64,000 nucleotides of DNA, taken from positions 3,812-67,811 of the forward strand of contig JBAZEP010000003.1 in NCBI GenBank assembly GCA_041653835.1. The letters are read 5' to 3'. Position 1 is the stretch's first letter, and every line of letters begins with the position of its first letter. The notes beneath the pieces were generated by a model. That model was given only the letters and a program-made list of their open reading frames with translations. It was not told the DNA's origin and ran no database searches. Positions 58,068 through 64,000 of this stretch are shown here, in pieces. The position numbers were made by a program, and so were the translations under genes. The DNA comes from Candidatus Omnitrophota bacterium. GTDB taxonomy: Bacteria; Omnitrophota; Gorgyraeia; Gorgyraeales; Gorgyraeaceae.

Positions 58068-59253
58068 ATTCGATACTATAGTTATAGGGGGCGGCGCGTC
58101 AGGCATAATAGCCGCTATCAGCGCGCGCCGCAACGGCAGGAATGTTATGATCTGCGAACGGATGAACCGTCTCGGGAAAAAGATACTTGTTTCAGGAGGC
58201 GGCCGGTGCAATATCTCGAACGCGGACCTGAGCGAAGCGCGTTATAATACCGGGGCGCGAGAGCTTGTAAAAAATGTATTTTCCAGGTTTGGCAAAGAAG
58301 ATATAGAAAAGTTTTTCAATGAAATCGGATTAAGGGTTTATCCGGAAGGGGACAGACTTTTTCCCGTCACTAACCAGGCGGCAAGCGTTTTGAAAGTTTT
58401 AGAGGAAGAGCTCAAGAGGCTGAAAATACCGGTAGAATCCGGTTTTAACGCGGCAGGTATCGCGGCGCGGCCTGACGGCAAAGGATATTTGGTAAAGTTC
58501 GGAAGCGGCGATGTTATATCCGCGGATTCCGTTATAATAACCGGCGGGGGCAGGAGTTATCCGAGCCTTGGTTCAGACGGGAGTTGCTATGGCCTGGCGC
58601 GTTCATTAGGCCATAAGATCATAGAACCTGTGCCGAGCGCTGTCCCGCTTTTGTCTAAAGACAGGTTCTGCCATTTTCTCCAGGGCCAGAGAATACAATG
58701 TTCCGCGAAAAGCGTTATAGAGGGTAAAATAAAAAAAGAGGCAAAAGGAGAATTGCTTTTCACGAAATACGGATTATCAGGCACCGCTATCCTGGATATA
58801 AGCGAGGACATCTCGATAGCCCTGAACAGGCTCGGGGACAAGGCCGCGGCTGTTTTGATAGACATGGTGCCTTTCATGAGCGCCGTGGAGATCGAAAAGG
58901 AAATAGAGAAGAGGATCCAAAAAGGTATCGCGCCGGAAGACCTGATGACGGGGCTCTTGCCGAATAAATTCAGCCTTGTTTTCAGGGACTTGTTCAAGGG
59001 TTTAAACGCCGGGGAAATAACAGGACTGTTAAAAAACAAAAGATTTGATATAATAGGTACCAGAGGCTGGAACGAAGCAGAGTTCACGGCAGGAGGTGTG
59101 GATACGCGGGATGTAAGGGAAGATACCCTTGAGTCAAAATTAAAAAAAGGCGTTTATTTCGCGGGAGAGATCCTGGATGTAAACGCCGGACGGGGCGGAT
59201 ACAATTTAGCCTGGGCATGGGCATCAGGCTATATAGCAGGTTTAACAAAATAG
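58060..59253 (+). CDS. HI0933/BaiN-family flavoprotein
   Basis: GGGASG, KILVSGGGRCN, GELLFT.YG.SG and GGYNLAWAWASG motifs. Confidence 0.9.
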   Translation: MRKFDTIVIGGGASGIIAAISARRNGRNVMICERMNRLGKKILVSGGGRCNISNADLSEARYNTGARELVKNVFSRFGKEDIEKFFNEIGLRVYPEGDRLFPVTNQAASVLKVLEEELKRLKIPVESGFNAAGIAARPDGKGYLVKFGSGDVISADSVIITGGGRSYPSLGSDGSCYGLARSLGHKIIEPVPSAVPLLSKDRFCHFLQGQRIQCSAKSVIEGKIKKEAKGELLFTKYGLSGTAILDISEDISIALNRLGDKAAAVLIDMVPFMSAVEIEKEIEKRIQKGIAPEDLMTGLLPNKFSLVFRDLFKGLNAGEITGLLKNKRFDIIGTRGWNEAEFTAGGVDTRDVREDTLESKLKKGVYFAGEILDVNAGRGGYNLAWAWASGYIAGLTK

Positions 59254-59261
59254 GAGGTAAC

Positions 59262-59495
59262 ATGCCGTACGATGCGAGTCTTGATAAAGAAATATTTGCC
59301 AAATCTTTCGAAAATGATGACGGAAAGATCACAGTCAGTGTCCATTCATACAACAATGGCCCCAAAAAGATACAGATAGTCAGGGAAAACAGGGACCAGG
59401 AAGGCGCCCTCAGGTTCGCCAAGCTCGGAAGGATGACCAAGGACGAACTCCAGGCAGTCCTGCCTTTTATCCAGGAAGCCCTTTCCAGTATGTAA
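59262..59495 (+). CDS. small hypothetical protein (possible PC4-like fold)
   Basis: Strong RBS AGGAGG; ITVSVHSYNNGPKKIQIVRE...KLGRMTKDE. Confidence 0.7.
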   Translation: MPYDASLDKEIFAKSFENDDGKITVSVHSYNNGPKKIQIVRENRDQEGALRFAKLGRMTKDELQAVLPFIQEALSSM

Positions 59496-59505
59496 TCCGG
59501 TTACG

Positions 59506-60699
59506 ATGAAAATTTTTATTCAGACCTTCGGGTGCCAAATGAATGAGCATGATTCCGAGAGAGTAAGGGACATGCTTGTCCAGGGAGGGTATGCCCTCGC
59601 GGAAAAGATCGAGGACGCGGATATTGTAATTTTCAATACCTGCAGTGTAAGGGCTCATGCCGAAGCGAGGCTTTACGGCAAGATAGGCACCCTTAAGGAT
59701 GTGAAGGCAAAAAAGCCGGGCCTTATTATAGGTGTGATCGGATGTATGGTTGAGGCGCAGAAACAAGAGATTTTCAGGAGACTGCCGCATGTAAATTTTT
59801 TGTGCGGGCCCGCGGACCTGGACAGGATCCCTGAAATATTGGATAAGATACAGGCCGGCGCCGGGCAAATCGCTTATCTGGAGGCGTATAAGCTGAAAAA
59901 GATCCCCGCGTTTTCAAAAGACAGGAACGCGGGCCATGCCGGCTTCGTCAAGATAATGGAAGGCTGTGATAATTTCTGCTCATATTGCATTGTGCCCTAT
60001 GTACGCGGAAGGGAAAGGAGCAGGCCTTCGAAAGAAATTTTGCAGGAAATAGAAGACCTGATAAAAAAGGGCGCCAAAAATATCACGCTTTTAGGCCAGA
60101 ACGTGAATTCATACGGCAAAGGCCTTAAAGAAAAAATCGATTTCGTCTCGCTTTTGACAAAAATAGACAAATTAACCTCCATCCTGCCCCACCCCTGGGG
60201 TGCCACCCCAGGGGTGGCACCCCAGGGGTGGGGAAGCGGTAAGGAAGTTAAGATAAGTTTTATGACCAGCCATCCAAAGGACGCCGGCCCGGAATTATTC
60301 AAAGCGATAAGGGATCTAATATCGGTTTCAAAGAATCTGCACCTGCCTCTCCAGTCCGGTTCGGATAAAATCCTCAAAAAGATGAACCGGAAATACACCG
60401 CGGCAAAATATAAAAAACTCGTCAAGGATTTCAGGAAGATCGTCAAAAACGGCACTGTCACGAGCGATATCATCGTAGGTTTCCCAGGGGAAACCAAAAA
60501 AGATTTCAATGACACTTTAAAGATGGTCAAAGAACTAAGATTTGGCGGCGCCTATATCTTTAAATATTCCCCGCGTCCTCTAACCAAAGCCTTTGGATTC
60601 AAGGATAATGTCAGCCTTAAAGAGAAAGAGCGTCGCCACTCCATACTTTTAAAACTGCAAAAGGAGATGTCTAATGCCACATTTAAGACAGTGTCTTAA
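59506..60699 (+). CDS. miaB: tRNA ms2i6A37 methylthiotransferase with in-frame palindromic insertion and no TRAM domain
   Basis: TFGCQMN, NTCSVR, GCDNFCSYCIVP, SHPKD, DIIVGFPGET and YSPRP motifs; adjacent to miaA. Confidence 0.9.
   Translation: MKIFIQTFGCQMNEHDSERVRDMLVQGGYALAEKIEDADIVIFNTCSVRAHAEARLYGKIGTLKDVKAKKPGLIIGVIGCMVEAQKQEIFRRLPHVNFLCGPADLDRIPEILDKIQAGAGQIAYLEAYKLKKIPAFSKDRNAGHAGFVKIMEGCDNFCSYCIVPYVRGRERSRPSKEILQEIEDLIKKGAKNITLLGQNVNSYGKGLKEKIDFVSLLTKIDKLTSILPHPWGATPGVAPQGWGSGKEVKISFMTSHPKDAGPELFKAIRDLISVSKNLHLPLQSGSDKILKKMNRKYTAAKYKKLVKDFRKIVKNGTVTSDIIVGFPGETKKDFNDTLKMVKELRFGGAYIFKYSPRPLTKAFGFKDNVSLKEKERRHSILLKLQKEMSNATFKTVS
60187..60233. repeat. 47-bp perfect palindrome lying in frame in miaB
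   Basis: CCCCACCCCTGGGGTGCCACCCC-A-GGGGTGGCACCCCAGGGGTGGGG, encoding PHPWGATPGVAPQGWG. Confidence 0.92.
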
Positions 60700-60711
60700 A
60701 TGTGGCATTAG
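60671..60711. repeat. 41-bp perfect palindrome, family A with compensatory change; supplies the miaB C-terminus and stop
   Basis: CTAATGCCACATTTAAGACA-G-TGTCTTAAATGTGGCATTAG. Confidence 0.95.
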
Positions 60712-60716
60712 GGAAT

Positions 60717-61592
60717 ATGCCGGTCATATTTTTAGTCGGTCCTACAGCTTCTGGCAAAACAAAACTTTCCATTAAACTGGCGGGAAAACTGAACGCCGAG
60801 ATAGTATCCTGTGACTCTATGTGTGTCTATAGAGGCATGGATATACTTACCTCAAAACCTTCGAAGGCCGAGTTGAGAAAGGCGCGCCACCATCTTATAG
60901 ATATAATTTCCCCGTCAAAAGAATTCAGCGTTGCCGAGTACCGCAGGATGGCGCTTGAAAAGATAGAAGATATCCTGAAGCGCGGCAAGACCCCATTATT
61001 CGTGGGAGGCAGCGGTTTATATGTGAAGGCTGTGATAGACGGTTTATTCCCTTCGGCGGAGAAGGACCTGAAATTCAGGAAAGAACAGGAAACGCTCGCG
61101 GAAAAATACGGCAAAAGGTATTTATACAGAAAATTAAAAAAAATAGACGCGAGCCGCGCCGCGAAGATACATCCCAATGACATGAGGCGTGTCATTAGGG
61201 CGCTCGAGATCTACCATACGGAAAAGAAAAAACCTTCGGAACTTAGCAGGGCTACGGAGCCGCTGAAATACGGCTTTAAGATATTCGGCGTCAGCCTGGA
61301 AAGGGACGCGCTTTACAGGAATATAGATAAAAGGGTTGAGGAGATGTTCGAAAAAGGCATTGTGAAGGAAGTAAAGAAACTTTCACGGAAAAGGCTCAGT
61401 ATGACCGCGAAAAAGGCATTGGGGTATAACGAGGCGCTGGGTTATTTAAAGGGCAGGTATTCCCTGGAAGACGCCAAGGCGCTTCTCAAAAAAAATACCC
61501 GTCATTTCGCCAGGAGACAGCTGACCTGGTTCCGTCCTGACTGCCGCATCCGCTGGCTCTCGCTCCACCAACTGGAAAAATATAATGGGTAA
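60717..61592 (+). CDS. miaA: tRNA dimethylallyltransferase
   Basis: GPTASGKT, DSMCVY, GGSGLY, RVIRALE and ARRQLTWF motifs. Confidence 0.95.
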   Translation: MPVIFLVGPTASGKTKLSIKLAGKLNAEIVSCDSMCVYRGMDILTSKPSKAELRKARHHLIDIISPSKEFSVAEYRRMALEKIEDILKRGKTPLFVGGSGLYVKAVIDGLFPSAEKDLKFRKEQETLAEKYGKRYLYRKLKKIDASRAAKIHPNDMRRVIRALEIYHTEKKKPSELSRATEPLKYGFKIFGVSLERDALYRNIDKRVEEMFEKGIVKEVKKLSRKRLSMTAKKALGYNEALGYLKGRYSLEDAKALLKKNTRHFARRQLTWFRPDCRIRWLSLHQLEKYNG

Positions 61593-62706
61593 AAATAAAT
61601 TCGAACGCCATCCGCTGATAACGATCTCGATCTTTATCCTGACAGTTATTTTTACGCTGGATTTTTTGAGCGCTAATATTTACTCATTGATAAACAGATA
61701 TCCTTTTTACGCGAGAGGGCAGAAGAAAAAAGAGGAGATGGACAGGGTTTATCATGTAAGGTCTGCGATATATCACCATGATCTGGCGAGAAACAAGGCT
61801 GTCGATTACGGCGCGCGGGGCAATTACAGGCATATAGTTTACACCAACTCGCTGGGTTTTAAAGATAAGGCATGCGGGGATGTTCCTCTTATTTCGGATA
61901 AATACCGCGTGCTTTTTATAGGAGATTCCTTTGTGGAGGGCATAGGATTCAATTACGAGGATACATTCGTCGGCTTGATAGGCGCGGAATTGGCAAAAAA
62001 AGGAATAGAAGTGCTAAATGCCGGGGTCATATCGTATTCTCCTGTAATTTATTGGAGAAAAATTAAATATCTTCTGGAAGATACGGGGTTAAAGTTCGAT
62101 GAGGTAGCGGCTTTTATAGATATCTCCGATATAGAAAATGAAGCGGTCGATTATTATCTGGACACGAACGGCAACGTAGCAGGATCCGGTGTCAGCCGCA
62201 AGATATACTGCGAAGGAACAGATGGTTTAAGCGGCCTTAAAACATTGATAAAAAATAATTCTATATTTATATATTCTATGCTCTATAACCTGGACAAAAT
62301 ATCGAAATTAAGAGGGAACATTAATATCAAAAGGGCCCGCTGGACGATCGACAGGAATATCTATAATGCCTACGGCGAAAAAGGCCTCGAGACAGCAAGT
62401 CTCCATATGGATAATCTGCGCGAATTACTTGATAAACACGGGATAAAGCTTACCGTGGCGGTATATCCATGGCCGGATCAAATCATCAACAGGGATTTGG
62501 ATTCTATCCAGGTCTTATACTGGAAAGACTGGTGCGATAAACGCGCCATACCTTTTATAAACTACTTTCCGTATTTTATAAACGGAAGGACTAAAAAAGA
62601 GCTGAAGGATACGATAAATAAATATTACAATGCCTATGATATACATTGGAATCAAAATGGCCATAGATTGATCGCGGATGTTTTTCTGGATTTTTATAGA
62701 AAGTAA
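61585..62706 (+). CDS. membrane-anchored SGNH/GDSL hydrolase-like protein
   Basis: N-terminal TM; NSLGF, IGDSF.EG, NAGV.SY and DIHWN motifs. Confidence 0.78.
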   Translation: MGKNKFERHPLITISIFILTVIFTLDFLSANIYSLINRYPFYARGQKKKEEMDRVYHVRSAIYHHDLARNKAVDYGARGNYRHIVYTNSLGFKDKACGDVPLISDKYRVLFIGDSFVEGIGFNYEDTFVGLIGAELAKKGIEVLNAGVISYSPVIYWRKIKYLLEDTGLKFDEVAAFIDISDIENEAVDYYLDTNGNVAGSGVSRKIYCEGTDGLSGLKTLIKNNSIFIYSMLYNLDKISKLRGNINIKRARWTIDRNIYNAYGEKGLETASLHMDNLRELLDKHGIKLTVAVYPWPDQIINRDLDSIQVLYWKDWCDKRAIPFINYFPYFINGRTKKELKDTINKYYNAYDIHWNQNGHRLIADVFLDFYRK

Positions 62707-62747
62707 AATAACAGGAAAGTTGATTTGTAATATTTTCTGGGAAGGTT

Positions 62748-64000
62748 ATGGAAAAGGCCGTATTAGTAACAGTTGATCTGGGTGAAAAAGGCGAGTGGCC
62801 GCTTAAAGATAGGGCCATGGAATTGAAGGAACTCGCGCGATCGAGCGGGGCATCGGTCGAGGCCGAGATATTGTGCCATAAAGAAAAACCTTCCCCTGAT
62901 CTATTTATAGGCAAAGGCAAGTTCGAAGAATTGCGTGGCATTGTCCAACAGAAAAAAGCCGGCCTTGTGATTTTCAATAACGATCTTACTCCTACCCAAC
63001 TAAGGAATATAGAACACGGGCTCGAGGGTATAAGGGTCATTGACAGGACCCAGCTTATACTGGATATCTTTGCGAGGAACGCCAGGAGTGTGGAAGGCAA
63101 GGTCCAGGTAGAGTTGGCGCAATTGGAATATCTATTGCCGCGGCTTACCGGAAAAGGCATCCAGCTTTCAAGGCTCGGAGGAGGCATAGGTACCAGGGGG
63201 CCGGGAGAAAAGATATTGGAATATGACCGCCGGAGGATCAGGGACCAGATTACGAGGTTAAAGGAAAAATTGGAGGATATAGGCAAAAGGCGGTTGGCTT
63301 TACGCAAGAGAAGGGCTGACGCGTTTCTTACCACCATAGCTATCATAGGTTATACCAATGCCGGCAAGACCACGCTCCTTAACCGGCTCACAGGCTCTAA
63401 AAAATTGACCGCGGACAAACTTTTCAGCACCCTTGACCCTGTCGCGAGAAGCTACAAGCTTCCGAATAACCAAAAGGTCCTATTCCTTGATACAGTTGGA
63501 TTTTTGCATAACCTGCCGCATCATCTTGTGGAGGCTTTTAAATCCACGCTTGAGGAAGTCAGGATGGCGGATATACTTTTGCATGTGCTGGACGCTTCGA
63601 ATGAAAAGGTCCGAGAGCAGGACGAAGCCGTATATAAGGTATTGAAGGAACTTGGCGCGGAAAACAAGATAATCATCGATATCCTCAATAAAACAGACCT
63701 TATCAATGACCCTGACCGGGTATGGCGCCTGAAAAAAGATTTTAAAAATCCTGTCCTGGTATCAGCGCTTACAGGCGAAGGCATAACCGGCCTTGTGGAC
63801 GAAATATCAGAGCTTTTGTCCGGCCTTGTCACGGAAGTCAAAGTAGCGATACCTAATAACAGGATGGATATGGTGAACTTGGTTTACGAGAACGGCAAAG
63901 TTATCCACAGAGAAGACAGGCCTGGCTCGGTTTACCTGGAAGCGATTATTCCCGCACGTTTAAAAAACTCGCTCTCTAATGTCACATTTAAGACACTGTC
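62748..64000 (+). CDS. hflX: GTPase HflX (runs off the window end, so missing from the ORF track)
   Basis: MEKAVLV...IGKGK, DRTQLILDIFA, QVELAQL.Y.LPRL, GGIGTRGPGE, GYTNAGKT, DTVGF and NKTD. Confidence 0.93.
   Translation, partial: MEKAVLVTVDLGEKGEWPLKDRAMELKELARSSGASVEAEILCHKEKPSPDLFIGKGKFEELRGIVQQKKAGLVIFNNDLTPTQLRNIEHGLEGIRVIDRTQLILDIFARNARSVEGKVQVELAQLEYLLPRLTGKGIQLSRLGGGIGTRGPGEKILEYDRRRIRDQITRLKEKLEDIGKRRLALRKRRADAFLTTIAIIGYTNAGKTTLLNRLTGSKKLTADKLFSTLDPVARSYKLPNNQKVLFLDTVGFLHNLPHHLVEAFKSTLEEVRMADILLHVLDASNEKVREQDEAVYKVLKELGAENKIIIDILNKTDLINDPDRVWRLKKDFKNPVLVSALTGEGITGLVDEISELLSGLVTEVKVAIPNNRMDMVNLVYENGKVIHREDRPGSVYLEAIIPARLKNSLSNVTFKTL
63976..64000. repeat. family A palindrome, cut by the window end, in the hflX 3' end
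   Basis: CTAATGTCACATTTAAGACA-C-TGTC..., identical to the copy at 41988 as far as visible. Confidence 0.88.

Noticed and set aside
62591-63841. Track ORFs 62591..63346(-), 63433..63645(+) and 63521..63841(-)
   Set aside because: All are shadows of hflX (62748 onward), which the track missed because its stop is outside the window.

Overview
64 kb of a bacterial chromosome. Gene content (LptF/LptG, TolC/RND, TonB receptor, PFL, Fhs, PGI/PMI, His-type Thi4) suggests an anaerobic diderm, plausibly Omnitrophota/PVC-like (inference only). Bases 1-~4.8 kb are an AT-rich accessory island: an Mrr-type nuclease, then five tandem paralogous ~70-95 aa helix+HTH genes coupled to a SIR2-family gene and a TIGR02391/HEPN-type gene (candidate undescribed defence operon). 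The rest is mostly housekeeping: ZTP riboswitch-pflB-pflA-fhs, pyk, trehalose genes, TPP riboswitch-thi4, a glp cluster, MarR-RND efflux, 5 tRNAs, PTS, metK/ahcY, lptFG and miaB-miaA-hflX. Overlaid on this is a set of small structured elements. (i) Two homologous ~110-nt elements downstream of tRNA-Arg(CCG) and tRNA-Gly(GCC); each starts with the reverse complement of its own host tRNA T-arm, ends with a copy of that tRNA 3' end, and has conserved loops with covarying stems. (ii) Two small GIY-YIG nuclease genes enclosed by inverted repeats, one in a four-way junction, plus an ORF-less cloverleaf. (iii) Six copies of a ~41-bp perfect palindrome at gene ends, and a 47-bp palindrome lying in frame inside miaB. 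All calls are by eye from motifs; no searches were run.
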